DNA of 62,196 nucleotides, the filler included, from Deltaproteobacteria bacterium (GTDB lineage Bacteria > JAEEML01): the NCBI GenBank assembly GCA_016283195.1. It is 7 parts of 7 records of this genome, joined end to end, with 100 filler letters (N's around TTAATTAATTAA, not from the genome) between each part and the next. Parts side by side here need not be neighbours in the genome. Positions count along the whole stretch, not along the records: positions 50,286 to 57,889 come from JAEEML010000094.1; positions 57,990 to 62,196 come from JAEEML010000098.1; 5 more parts are not named here. One strand, 5' to 3'. How positions within the stretch are numbered: position 1 is the stretch's first letter; each line of letters begins with the position of its first letter. This document shows, one piece after another, positions 50,397 to 60,900 of the stretch. The notes below the pieces were generated by a model. It searched no databases. It was not told the origin of the DNA and saw only the letters and a list, made by a program, of their open reading frames with translations. The translations under genes were made by a program, and so were the position numbers.

Positions 50397-50446
50397 ACCA
50401 AAAGATAAATCCCGGTAATTCGCATTACAATGAACTAGAGGTGAAG

Positions 50447-51628
50447 GTGAGTAGCGAGTTTTTGCCGGCGATTGTTATTCCCACTTACAATAATGTCTCT
50501 ACCATAGCGCAAATAATAAACGGCGCTCTTCAGTATAATATCCCCGTAATTGTTGTTAACGATGGCTCGACAGATGGCACTGCTGAGGCCATAGAAGCTA
50601 TTGAAAATCCGCTGCTTGAAATTATAAAACACCCCAAAAATCTGGGCAAAGGCGAGGCCTTAAAGAGCGCTTTTAAGCACTGTCTGGAAAAAGGCTACAC
50701 CACCGCTATCACCATTGATGCCGACGGCCAGCACGATCCGGCACAAATAGCCCCTTTTTTGGCTGAGGCGGCTAAAGATCCGCAAAAACTTATTATTGGA
50801 AAACGCGACCTCAGCGGCCCGGGCAAACGGCCTAAAAAAAGCCGCCTTTTGCGCGCCCATTCCAATTTTTGGGTTTATATGGAAACCGGCCAGTGGCTTA
50901 GCGATACCCAAACCGGCTTTAGAGCCTACCCCGTAAAAGAAATATGCGCTATCAACCTGCCAACCGGTAAATACGATTTTGAAATTGAAGTGCTGGTTAA
51001 GTTTTTGTGGCGCGGCGGTAAAACGGCCACTGTGCCGGTGACGGCTACTTACGGCGCCGGTTCTTCTTCCCACTTTCGCCCCTTTTATGATTTTATGTTG
51101 GTAGCTCATTGCAATGCTGGCCTCTTCTTTCAGCGCTTTTTTCTGCCCCCGGCTATTTTGGGCCCAATGCACAGCAAAGGTGTTTTAAAAGGCGGCTATA
51201 TAAGGCGCTTTTTTGGAGCCATAAGGGAAATTGCCGCTGCCGATTTTTCCAGCCCGTGGCGTTTTGCTCTGGCCATCGGCTTGGGCGTTTTTTGCGGTAT
51301 TATTCCGGCCTGGGGCCTGCAAATGGTTATAGCTTACACGCTGGCTCGCCTTTTAAAACTCTCACGGCCGCTCACTCTTTTAGCCAGCAATATTTCTATT
51401 CCGCCGATGATTCCCTTTTTACTCTATGGCAGCCTACTCAGTGGGCGTTTTCTTTTGAATAAAGAGCTCACTTTCGGAATAAATATAAGTAATATAACTC
51501 TTGATTACGTTTGGAATTTTACTAAAGAATACCTAGTTGGCAGTTTGGCTTTTGCTTTACTCATGGGGCTTACGGCATTTATTATTGCTTTTGTTGCGGC
51601 TATGATTTTTCATCCGAGAAAGTTATGA
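50447..51628 (+). CDS. GT2 glycosyltransferase fused to DUF2062
   Basis: IVIPTYNN, VNDGSTDGT, NLGKGEAL, DADGQH, DTQTGFRAYP; C-terminal ALAIGLGVFCGIIPAWG..ASNISIPP; upstream ORF extension overlaps tRNA so GTG start chosen. Confidence 0.88.
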   Translation: MSSEFLPAIVIPTYNNVSTIAQIINGALQYNIPVIVVNDGSTDGTAEAIEAIENPLLEIIKHPKNLGKGEALKSAFKHCLEKGYTTAITIDADGQHDPAQIAPFLAEAAKDPQKLIIGKRDLSGPGKRPKKSRLLRAHSNFWVYMETGQWLSDTQTGFRAYPVKEICAINLPTGKYDFEIEVLVKFLWRGGKTATVPVTATYGAGSSSHFRPFYDFMLVAHCNAGLFFQRFFLPPAILGPMHSKGVLKGGYIRRFFGAIREIAAADFSSPWRFALAIGLGVFCGIIPAWGLQMVIAYTLARLLKLSRPLTLLASNISIPPMIPFLLYGSLLSGRFLLNKELTFGINISNITLDYVWNFTKEYLVGSLAFALLMGLTAFIIAFVAAMIFHPRKL

Positions 51629-51636
51629 GGTAATTT

Positions 51637-52368
51637 ATGGCAGATGTTAAACAAGTGGCTTTGGTAACCGGTGCCAGTCGCGGGATTGGCCGGGCTATAG
51701 CTATTAAACTGGCCCAAGTCGGTTTTCATGTTATTGTGAATTACAAAAGTAACCGCGAGGCGGCCGAAGAGGTTTTGCTGACCATCCAAAATGCCGGCGG
51801 CAGTGGGGAACTGGCTCAGTTTGATGTGGCAGAGGGACCGGCTACTTCAGCCGCGGTGGAAGAGCTTTTAACAAAGCATGAAAGTATTGATGTTTTGGTG
51901 AATAATGCCGGCATTTGTCGCGATATGCTCTTACTGTGGATGAAAGAAGAGGACTGGCTCTCGGTGTTGAATACCAATCTAATAAGCTTTTTTTATGTTA
52001 CTAAGCCGATTCTTAGAACCATGCTAAAAAAACGCTATGGCCGCATTATTAATATGTCTTCCGTTTCCGGGCAAATGGGCAGTCCCGGGCAGGTTAATTA
52101 CTCGGCGGCCAAAGCCGGGCTTATCGGCGCCACTATGGCTCTCGCCAAAGAAATGGGTAAAAAAGGTATTACCGTGAACGCTATTGCCCCCGGTTTTGTG
52201 GAAACCGATATGTTAAACGGTCTTAAGCTGGATGATGCTATTAAAAGGATTCCTCTCCAGCGCTGCGGTAAGCCGGAAGAAGTGGCGGAACTCGCGGCTT
52301 TTTTAGCTAGCGAAAAAGCCGCATATATTACCGGGCAGGTCATTGGCATAAATGGCGGAATGTTTTGA
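51637..52368 (+). CDS. fabG: 3-oxoacyl-ACP reductase
   Basis: TGASRGIG, NNAGI, NYSAAKAG, NAIAPGFV. Confidence 0.92.
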   Translation: MADVKQVALVTGASRGIGRAIAIKLAQVGFHVIVNYKSNREAAEEVLLTIQNAGGSGELAQFDVAEGPATSAAVEELLTKHESIDVLVNNAGICRDMLLLWMKEEDWLSVLNTNLISFFYVTKPILRTMLKKRYGRIINMSSVSGQMGSPGQVNYSAAKAGLIGATMALAKEMGKKGITVNAIAPGFVETDMLNGLKLDDAIKRIPLQRCGKPEEVAELAAFLASEKAAYITGQVIGINGGMF

Positions 52369-52382
52369 ACTTTGGAGATAAT

Positions 52383-53633
52383 ATGAACTTGCGGATTCCG
52401 GTTATTACCGGCATGGGTATTTATTCTTGCCTCGGCATGGGTCTTGATGAGGTTACTAGGTCGCTAAAAGAAGGGCGCTCAGGCATTGTCTTTTCCAAAG
52501 AGCGTAAAGAACTCGGTTTTCGTTCGGCGCTTACCGCCGCTTTGCCGCCGCTTGATCCGGCAGCCACCGGTTTAAAGCGCAAAGCCTTAAAAACTATGGA
52601 CGAACCGGCTTTATACGCCTATATGGCGGCTAAAGAGGCCATTGCCGATGCCGGGCTAAAGCCGGAAGACCTGGCCTCTTTGCGCTCAGGCGTGGTTTTT
52701 GGCAACGACAGCACGGTAAAAGCTTCGGCCCGGGCCGTGGAGACACTTAAAGAATATAAAGATACCAAATACATCGGCAGCGGCAATATTGTGCAGGCCA
52801 TGAATTCCACTGTTTCTATGAACTTGGCTGCTCTTTTGGGCACTAACGGAGCAGATTGGACCATAAGTGCCGCTTGTGCCAGCAGTTCTCATGCTTTGGG
52901 CCAGGCGCTGATGCTCATCCGCGCCGGTTACCAAGATATAGTGATTACCGGCGGTGCTCAGGAAGTAAATTGGGAGAGTATGGCCAGTTTTGATGCTCTC
53001 CAGGCCTTTTCGGCGCGGGAAAGTGAGCCGCAGGCTGCCTCCCGCCCCTTTGACAAAGAGCGCGACGGCCTGGTGCCCAGCGGCGGCGGGGCTGCTCTTA
53101 TTATAGAAGAGCTGGAGCATGCCAAAAAGCGCGGGGCGCCCATTTACGGAGTTTTGGTCGGTTATGGCTTTTCCGCGGCCATTGGCGAAAATATCAACCA
53201 AAGCAATAGTGAACAAATAAAAAATGCCATAACATTAGCCATGCAGGATGCTGGCCTGGTAACTAGCCAGATTGATTACATAAATGCTCATGCTACCTCT
53301 ACGCCGGTGGGCGATGCCATAGAGTGCCGGGCCATTGCCGAGCTCTTTGGCGAACGTGTGCCGGTTTCCTCCACCAAAGCCATGACCGGCCATGAGTGCT
53401 GGATGGCCGGAGCCAGTGAAGCTATTTATACCACTCTTATGGCTATGAACGACTTCATTGCCCCGAATATCAATTTTAAAGCTCTTGATGATAATTTGCC
53501 CAAAATCAATGTGGTAAATACTACCGAGCAAAAGCATATAAATATTGCTCTTTCCAACTCTTTTGGTTTTGGCGGCACCAACGGAGTATTAGTTTTTGAT
53601 TATTCAAAGAGTGAGCGGCGCGTGCATGGATAA
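52383..53633 (+). CDS. Beta-ketoacyl-ACP synthase (FabB/FabF-like)
   Basis: SAACASSSH, NAHATSTPVGD, GHECWMAG, NSFGFGGTN. Confidence 0.92.
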   Translation: MNLRIPVITGMGIYSCLGMGLDEVTRSLKEGRSGIVFSKERKELGFRSALTAALPPLDPAATGLKRKALKTMDEPALYAYMAAKEAIADAGLKPEDLASLRSGVVFGNDSTVKASARAVETLKEYKDTKYIGSGNIVQAMNSTVSMNLAALLGTNGADWTISAACASSSHALGQALMLIRAGYQDIVITGGAQEVNWESMASFDALQAFSARESEPQAASRPFDKERDGLVPSGGGAALIIEELEHAKKRGAPIYGVLVGYGFSAAIGENINQSNSEQIKNAITLAMQDAGLVTSQIDYINAHATSTPVGDAIECRAIAELFGERVPVSSTKAMTGHECWMAGASEAIYTTLMAMNDFIAPNINFKALDDNLPKINVVNTTEQKHINIALSNSFGFGGTNGVLVFDYSKSERRVHG

Positions 53634-54063
53634 TAATTTTTCTATCCCCGCGCTTATTCCGCAGCGGCCGCCTTTTTTATTTATTGAGCGCATAGAAGAG
53701 CTTATGCCGCAAAATGATTGGGCCGTAACCAGTGCACTTTGGCCGGAAAACTCTTTGGCCAGGGGGGAAGACGGCGAAATTAAAGAACCTTTTATCATTG
53801 AAGCGCTGGCGCAAACGGCGGCTCTTTTAGTGGGCGCTAAAAATGAAGCCGGCGGTGAGCCGCCTATCGGCTATTTGGCCGCTGCCGGCGATTTTCACTT
53901 TTTAGCGCCGCTGCCTAAAAATGAGCGCCTTTTTTTTAAAGTAAAAACCGTGCGCGAACTGGGCGCTTTTTTGGTTGTTGCTGCCACTTGTGAAGCGTTA
54001 GGTAGCGCTCTTGCCGGCGGTGAGCTCACCTTTTATCTGGACAAAAATAATGACAACTCTTAA
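53626..54063 (+). CDS. Hot-dog fold 3-hydroxyacyl-ACP dehydratase-like protein
   Basis: LIPQRPPFLFIE, IEALAQTAA, IGYL. Confidence 0.8.
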   Translation: MDNNFSIPALIPQRPPFLFIERIEELMPQNDWAVTSALWPENSLARGEDGEIKEPFIIEALAQTAALLVGAKNEAGGEPPIGYLAAAGDFHFLAPLPKNERLFFKVKTVRELGAFLVVAATCEALGSALAGGELTFYLDKNNDNS

Positions 54064-55171
54064 ATTTTTTCCGGTAAAAATAGCATCTTATGAGGCCATT
54101 ACGGCACTCGGTGATACAGCCGGCGGCTCGTTTTCGGCTTTTATGGCCGGCGAGAGCGGCCTTAAGTATGAGGAATCATCACCTTATCCGCTAGCTAAAA
54201 GTGCCTTTACCAGCGGAAAAGATAGAGCTTATGAAATGGCCTTAAAAGTGGCCAAAGAAGCTCTTAAACCCCTTCCGGAAAGTGAGCTTAATAAAACCGC
54301 GCTCCTGCTATCCACTGCCAAGGGTGAGGCTCTTTTGCTTGAAGAGGCTATAACTAACGGCGTAGCCGATAAAGATATTTTCCCCTCCGAGCTTACAGCC
54401 AAATTGCAAAAAGCGCTTAAGCTTAATCCTTTAACTTATACTGTTTCCAACGCCTGTGCTTCCGGTCTTATTACCCTGGCTCAGGGAATGCGCCTTATTC
54501 AGGACGGCGATTTTGACCATGTTTTGGTGGTCGGCGCCGATTTAGCCTCCGATTTTGTGGTTTCCGGCTTTGGGGCTCTGCATGCGCTTTCCGCTGATTT
54601 TACCCGCCCTTACGATAAAGAGCGCTGCGGTCTTAACTTAGGTGAGGGGGCGGCGGCTATTCTGCTCACGGCCAGTGATAATCTCCCGGCCCAGGGCTTT
54701 TTGAGCGGCTTTGGTATAAGCAACGATGCCAACCATATCACCGGCCCCAGCCGTACCGGCGACGGCCTCGCAATGGCTATGGAAAAAGCCCTAAAAATGG
54801 CTGAACTCACGCCGGAAAAAATAGACCTTTTAAATGGCCATGGCACCGGAACTCGTTACAATGACGGCATGGAACTTTTGGCCGTAAATACCGTATTTCC
54901 CCAAAAATGCCCGCCACTTATTTCCTTAAAAGGCTATATTGGCCACACTCTGGGCGCCGCCGGTGTTATTGAGACAGCGCTACTTTTAGAGGCGCTTAGA
55001 CTTAAACAATACCCCGCTTCCAAAGGCTTTTCCTCCGGTGAATTGCCGCCGCAGGTGAATATCCCTAAAGAGCCTGTTTATAATGCCAAATTGGATCGCA
55101 TTTTAGCTATGAAAGCCGGCTTTGGCGGCATCAACGCGGCGCTTGTTATAGAGAGCGCTAAGGTGCGCTAA
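54050..55171 (+). CDS. Second beta-ketoacyl synthase
   Basis: SNACASG, LNLGEGAA, NDANHITGPSR, HGTGTRYND, GHTLGAAG, GFGGIN. Confidence 0.88.
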   Translation: MTTLKFFPVKIASYEAITALGDTAGGSFSAFMAGESGLKYEESSPYPLAKSAFTSGKDRAYEMALKVAKEALKPLPESELNKTALLLSTAKGEALLLEEAITNGVADKDIFPSELTAKLQKALKLNPLTYTVSNACASGLITLAQGMRLIQDGDFDHVLVVGADLASDFVVSGFGALHALSADFTRPYDKERCGLNLGEGAAAILLTASDNLPAQGFLSGFGISNDANHITGPSRTGDGLAMAMEKALKMAELTPEKIDLLNGHGTGTRYNDGMELLAVNTVFPQKCPPLISLKGYIGHTLGAAGVIETALLLEALRLKQYPASKGFSSGELPPQVNIPKEPVYNAKLDRILAMKAGFGGINAALVIESAKVR

Positions 55172-55199
55172 ATCTTTATTAGATACCGGCGGCGCTTGA

Positions 55200-55958
55200 T
55201 TATTTACTGCCAAAAAGAGCGGCAAATTCTTCTATTGAATCATCTTCGCGCTCTAATGGAATAAAGGGTTTTTGGCCGTTTTTGCGCAAGAGCACATAAA
55301 AAGCGCCGGGGCCGCCGTCTTTGGGGAGAGCTGTGCAGTAGGCCATGACTATTTTACCCATGGATCCGGAGCTCACCCAGCCGGGGAAGGAGCTCCTTAA
55401 AACCGGGATTTTATCAGGCGAACCCAGGCCGCGGCCAGTGATAATGAGCACACAGCGCTCACCGTTTTGGCGGCATTGAATCAAAAAGCGTTTTAATTTT
55501 TTCTTGGCTTCTTCGGCGGTGAGGCCGTGGAGGTCCAAATAGACAGAGTGGGGAAATTCGCCGTTTCTAAGAGCTGATAGCGTTTTTTCGTCAACGCCGG
55601 AAATATGGCCCGATTGATACTCGTCACTATTTTCAAAATAAAAGGGCACATCACCGCTTATAAGTTCTGAAAGCTCGGCCATCACATCGGCATCGTCATT
55701 AACAAATGCCGGATCTAAAACACTTTTGGCCGCGGCGGAAACGCGCCTTGGCCCCTCTTTTAATTTGCGCACCCCGGTATTGGCTGCGGCCCAGAGCTCC
55801 GCGTCGCTTTCTTCTTTGGGCGGCGGTGGTGGCGGGGCGGCCGTTTTTTGAACTTTAACGTTTTTGAGTGCTTCGTTCTTTTTGACAATTTCGGCTATGC
55901 CATCAAAAAGAGCGCTATTAAAAGGGCGATTTTTCTTGGAAATTTTAATTTTAGCCAT
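55200..55958 (-). CDS. Smr/MutS2 domain protein
   Basis: LDLHGLT, VLIITGRG, DGGPGAFYVLLR. Confidence 0.9.
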   Translation of the reverse strand: MAKIKISKKNRPFNSALFDGIAEIVKKNEALKNVKVQKTAAPPPPPPKEESDAELWAAANTGVRKLKEGPRRVSAAAKSVLDPAFVNDDADVMAELSELISGDVPFYFENSDEYQSGHISGVDEKTLSALRNGEFPHSVYLDLHGLTAEEAKKKLKRFLIQCRQNGERCVLIITGRGLGSPDKIPVLRSSFPGWVSSGSMGKIVMAYCTALPKDGGPGAFYVLLRKNGQKPFIPLEREDDSIEEFAALFGSK

Positions 55959-55972
55959 TTTGCGGAGAGAGA

Positions 55973-56434
55973 TTAGCCTTTAGCTTGCCCTAAAACGCGG
56001 GAATAGACACCTTCTTGTAAACGCTGGAAGCGGCCTAAAAGGTCACACATGGCGCTCTCTTTGGAGAGAGAGGCCAGAATTTGGCCCCGACGATCGGCCG
56101 ATATACCGCTCATTGGGTCGTTTTTTACCGCATCGGCAATAAAGCGCCCGATTTTGGCTGTGCCTTTGGTGAGAGCGCCGCGCACAGTAATATGGTGCAG
56201 CTTTGGCCCTTCAAATTCGTTGACTTGCGGTGTGGCCGGAGCTTCAACGCGGAGAGAATCCGAAGAAGTTTTGGGAGCCAAAAGGCCATCGGCGGCATTG
56301 GTGGCCATGGGGGCAATCATAATATTGGTTTCGGCTTTGCCTTTGGTTAAGGCATATTCTTCGGCTGTGGAACCAAATTCGGAAATATTCACCGGCATAT
56401 TGGTAAAGCGTTGATAGCTAATCATATTATCCAT
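55973..56434 (-). CDS. Hypothetical protein
   Basis: RBS AAGGAG; 153 aa; co-oriented between the PilZ and Smr genes. Confidence 0.7.
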   Translation of the reverse strand: MDNMISYQRFTNMPVNISEFGSTAEEYALTKGKAETNIMIAPMATNAADGLLAPKTSSDSLRVEAPATPQVNEFEGPKLHHITVRGALTKGTAKIGRFIADAVKNDPMSGISADRRGQILASLSKESAMCDLLGRFQRLQEGVYSRVLGQAKG

Positions 56435-56506
56435 GACAAACTCCTTTGCCGCCCTAAGCAGAAATGCCGGCAGCTAAAACTAATACACAACATAGGCTTT
56501 TAGTGG

Positions 56507-56863
56507 TTATTTTTCCACCGTAGCCAGATATTCGGCCAGACGCCGCTGCTCGCTGGGCTCAAGAGGCATAAAAGAGACACCGATACCGGCCGGTTCGCTT
56601 TCGCCTGTACCCCGCACCCAAGCTACTTTACCTACTACTTTAATGGGGCCATCGCTCAGGCCGGCATCAATGGACATATATAAAACAGTTCCCACAGGCA
56701 GCGGCCTGTCGGTGCGTAAAAAAAGACCGCCGTTACTCAAATTGGTGACTTCGTCCTGGCGTAAGCTATAGATGCTCTCGTGCGAAGCGGTAACGTGGAC
56801 TTCCTGTCGTTCTTCGCTGCGTACCTTGTGCCTGTCTTCCATGAGAACCATTTTGCCCTCCAC
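56507..56863 (-). CDS. PilZ domain protein (TIGR02266-like)
   Basis: RSEER, NLSNGGLFL, GKVAWVR, GIGVSF. Confidence 0.88.
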   Translation of the reverse strand: MEGKMVLMEDRHKVRSEERQEVHVTASHESIYSLRQDEVTNLSNGGLFLRTDRPLPVGTVLYMSIDAGLSDGPIKVVGKVAWVRGTGESEPAGIGVSFMPLEPSEQRRLAEYLATVEK

Positions 56864-56957
56864 ATCGTTAGATATATAAGCTTTTATGCCCTCTTGGTAA
56901 AGAGAAAGGTTGCACTTTTTGCCGGGGTGTTTAGCTTAAAAAAGCTGGAGGGAGGTT

Positions 56958-57386
56958 ATGGAACTCAGCACATTTAGCCGCTTTGGTGATTTTATTAAGG
57001 CTCTCAGAGAATCGCAGGAACTTAGCCAGCGCGCTATGGCTAAAGTTTTGGAAGTTTCTCCCGGCTATGTCGGCCAGTGGGAGGCTGGAGTTTCCAAGCC
57101 CTCGGAGGCGGTTGTAAGGCGCATTTGCCTGAAATTCAGAGTGGCCGATGAAGCGGCTTTGCAGCGCCTGGCTTTTGCCGAGACGGCGCCGGAGCATATC
57201 AAAGCCGCGCTTTTGCCAACTTGCCAAAAAGAATCGGCTAGGCAACCGCTTTTAAGTGAGGCGGAGGCTCTTCTGATAGAACGTCTGCATTTGCTGCCGC
57301 CTGATTTGCGCTGCGCCGTAACGCGAAAGCTCAATTCCATCTTAAAAAGCCAGCTGGAGCAGCTTGCTGGCAGTAATCGCCTTTGA
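56958..57386 (+). CDS. XRE-family HTH transcriptional regulator
   Basis: RBS GGAGG; IKALRESQELSQRAMAKVLEVSPGYVGQWEAGVSKPS. Confidence 0.88.
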   Translation: MELSTFSRFGDFIKALRESQELSQRAMAKVLEVSPGYVGQWEAGVSKPSEAVVRRICLKFRVADEAALQRLAFAETAPEHIKAALLPTCQKESARQPLLSEAEALLIERLHLLPPDLRCAVTRKLNSILKSQLEQLAGSNRL

Positions 57387-57435
57387 AGGCTGGTTGTATT
57401 TTATCCCTCACTATCGCAAGTAGTGAAAATTATTG

Positions 57436-57616
57436 TGAACTGTGCCCCATGTTTAATAATCTTTTGTGAGCGTTTTCCAAGCAGCTCTCTCGAGTCTACT
57501 ATCAAGGAATGGCCGCACTTTTAATTGTCTACTTTTAAGGGATGCCCCCTCAGGGGTTGTGTCTACTTTGAAGGGTACAGTTCATTAGACTGTCCAAAAT
57601 TTAACTGGTATTAACA
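57436..57616. mobile_element. Cluster of IS3-family-like terminal sequences without transposase
   Basis: Four head-to-tail 32-35-bp units, each GTC(T/C)A...CA, plus an opposite-facing TGAACTGTGCCCC at 57436. Confidence 0.55.
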
Positions 57617-57747
57617 GGGCGGGGGCCAATAATTCCCAATGGTTGTGGAATGATGGAACTAAAGAGGAATTTCTTGGGAATAATTGCCCCACTTTAGCGG
57701 TTAAGAGGCTGCAAACGGCCGAGAGCCGGAAATTATGGAGGAAAATA

Positions 57748-57889
57748 ATGTCTATTCCACTGGAAGAGCTTGATAACAAAGTAGCAGAAAAGAGCCGCTT
57801 TATTCATACTGTCTTGGATGAGATGTCCAAAGTGGTGGTGGGCCAGCGCGAGCTTTTGGAACGGCTTATTTTAGGCCTTATTGCCGATG
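57748..57889 (+). CDS. MoxR-family AAA ATPase, N-terminal fragment
   Basis: RBS GGAGG; EMSKVVVGQRELLERLILGLIAD; runs into the gap. Confidence 0.8.
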
Positions 57890-57989
57890 NNNNNNNNNNN
57901 NNNNNNNNNNNNNNNNNNNNNNNNNNNNNNNNNTTAATTAATTAANNNNNNNNNNNNNNNNNNNNNNNNNNNNNNNNNNNNNNNNNNNN
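57890..57989. other. Artificial contig spacer
   Basis: Same linker. Confidence 0.98.
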
Positions 57990-60900
57990 AACGGCGGCGA
58001 TAACGGTAATACTGCCCTTAAAGGAGATATTAATCTCAAGCTGGCTTTAAGTTCCGGTGAGAAGTTACAATATCTTTGGGTGACTGCTGCCAAAGAGGGC
58101 AGCAAAGATGGCCAGGAAGTGGTTGCTACTTTGGCTTGCCCCAAAATTGCCGATTGCTCAGGGTTAAAAGAGACAGAAGACGGTTATGATGTATCTCTGC
58201 CGCTTGGTGAAGCTGCCGCTGATGAGGTCAGGGTAACAGTGACTGCGCTCACAGCCAGTGATACCGCCAATTCTCACGACGAAGTCACGAGAGGGCAGGG
58301 GCTCTATCTCTTTAGCGGTGAGGTGGAAAAATGCACTCCTGGCACCTCCTGCCGTGTAGAAGCAAAACGCGGCGAAGTGGCTACCGTAAATGCCAATTTT
58401 GTCTTTGCGCTAAAGGATAATGAAGCCGGCGGTAGCGGCAAAAAAGCCGATATTACTGGCAGGGATGCGCAAACAGATAGGCCTAAAGAGGAAGATAGCC
58501 CGGTTAATGGCAGCGCAGATAGAGACAACTACTTTATCGTAACTCTGGCTCCGGCTGTAGGTGCTCCGCTCTCCGAGGTCGCTTTTGCTATGGGGCAGCG
58601 CTCTGAAGGTGCTGGCCTCTACTGGAAAGGCTCGCTGCCTAAAGACCTTATCATGTTGGTAAAATTGCAGTCTGGTGGCCAGCAGGTGGCGGCTATGCGC
58701 CTTAATCAAGATGATGCCTGCACTGAACTTTTGATTTACCCGGATGAAAATAGCGGCGATCTTAAAGCCGAAGCGCAAAAACTCGGAAAAGAAAATTTTA
58801 AAGCAGCTTGCGCTGTTCCTGTGGGCGCCTTGGCCTCTTTTACCCGCTGCGGCGATGAGGCGTGCGTCAGTGATTCCTGCGGTGCTTTAGTAGAGCTGGC
58901 GGATATAGAATTACCCAACGATGCCTTTAGTGATGGCCTTAAAATTTCTCTGGACTCGTTTGCTGATGATGCCGAATTACAAAAACTTACTAACTTTCGC
59001 GGCCTGCCCAAGTGGAGCATTAGCGGTGCGCTTATGAATAAGGAGACCGCTGTACAGTGTCCGTATTATATTAGAATTAAACCGGAAGTTGGTGTGCCAT
59101 ACAATTTGTTGCCGAGCCTCACTGGAGTTCCCAGGCAGGTTTTAGCCCATGATGGCGCTATTTATGTCCTAAGTGACAATTTTATAGAAGAAGCCGGAGA
59201 TAGCGATAGTGATCCTACACATAATAGCGTTGAGCTGAATGTGCTAAAAGTTACCCCGGCAACCGGCGGTTATCAAAGTGAAAAAATATATTCGGTAAAT
59301 ATTGATGTCGGAGTGGCCGATAGCAATTTGCAACCAAGTATTAATGATATTTTTGATTACCAAGTTTTTACTAAGTTGGTGGTAATTGATGGTAAACTGG
59401 CGCTCTCTTATGGCCGCTGCGATGAAAGTGCCCAAAGTGGTAATGACCAAATTTATGGCTGTTCATATATATCGTTGGCCGGTGAAAGTTGTGGAAAGCA
59501 GTTAACAAAAGATATTCTTCATTCCCCCCAATATGGCAGTGGCGGTTATATCGCCGGTAATTTTGAGCTGGCCGGAATATCTATTGAGACCAATAACGGC
59601 GTGATAGAGAAAAAAGCTGTAGCTCAGATTATGGTGCTTGTCGGTTCAAGCTCCGAGGCCCTCGCTATTACCGTGACCGATGAAGATGATACAGTACTTT
59701 ATGAAGCTGATTTTCAGAATAATTATGAGAATGTAGTGTATGATGATATAACTATTAACAATATGGTTGTGGCCGAAGCCGATAAAAATATGATTAGGTA
59801 TGTAGGTCTTGTGAATGAGTATGGTATTTACAGTATAGATTATACCACTGACGATCTTTCAGAGTTAGAAATGCCGGTTCTCTACTATAACACACCGTCA
59901 ACTACTTATTTTGACAAAGTTATTTTTGGCCCAAGTGATAGAGTTTATGCCATAAAATTTGAAGAAAACATGATTTATAGCTCCAAGGAGAGCATCTGGA
60001 ATCCCGCACCTGTAGTGGAGGTAGATTATAATGGGGATCAGAGCACAGATTATTTGCTGCCAATGGAGCCTTTAGTAAAAGTGCCAGGTGTCTCGGCTAT
60101 GGATATTATGAATAATACTCTTTATGTGGCTACCAGCGATCCCAAAGGAAGTACGCTTTATGCTGTGGATATTAATAGCAAGCAAATCACCAAAGCTCTG
60201 AGCTTAGCGCAAAATGAGGCGGCACTTGGTTACCCGACAGCTCTTCTTTACCAAAATGGCGATCTTTTGGTGGCCGATTCCGCTTTGGGGCAAATAAGAG
60301 TGGTGGATATGGCCGCCGGTAGCGAAAAAGCGCCCATCGGCGTTTATGACGGCGCCTCTTTGGGGGCTTCCAAAGTGAGCAATGCTTCTAAACATAATTT
60401 GGGCAAAATCACGGAATTAAAGCCATCGGCAAACGGTTTTTATATGGCCACCAATTTGGGTAAAGCACATGTACATTATGAATTTGACGGCGACACAAGT
60501 TTGATGGAACTTCCTCTGGCTGGGATATATGAATATGTAAAAGCTAATGATGAATTAACTCTAAAAGCGGGTAAAATTAATGTCTCTAATGTTGAAGAAT
60601 ACTCTATGAGCGAGCAAGAAGCAGAGATAAACTTATTAGATAAAGGTCTTCTTTTGGATAGATTTGCCAGTAGCGATAACAGATATTCGCAAGTTTCCTG
60701 TTACCGCAGGGCCGGTAACAATGGCCCTGATTGTCAGGTTCAATCAGGGCTTTTTTCCGAGCAAGAATCGGATATGGCTTACCCAGTTAGCTTTGCCACT
60801 TTTAATAACGGGATTATTGTCGATGCCGCTTATTGGACAGGGGAATATTTGGAATTTAATGGATATTATGCTTCAACTAGCGGTATTTATTATGGAACAC

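Noticed and set aside
50336-50446. N-terminal extension of the GT2 ORF
   Set aside because: Overlaps tRNA-Glu; the real start is probably the GTG at 50447.
57484-57616. Possible mini CRISPR array
   Set aside because: Period is only 31-34 bp with no identical repeat plus unique spacer structure, and no cas genes are present. Reported instead as IS-end-like units.
11272-57989. Six identical TTAATTAATTAA motifs within N-runs
   Set aside because: Artificial contig linkers. They are not biological repeats, and gene adjacency across them is uninformative.
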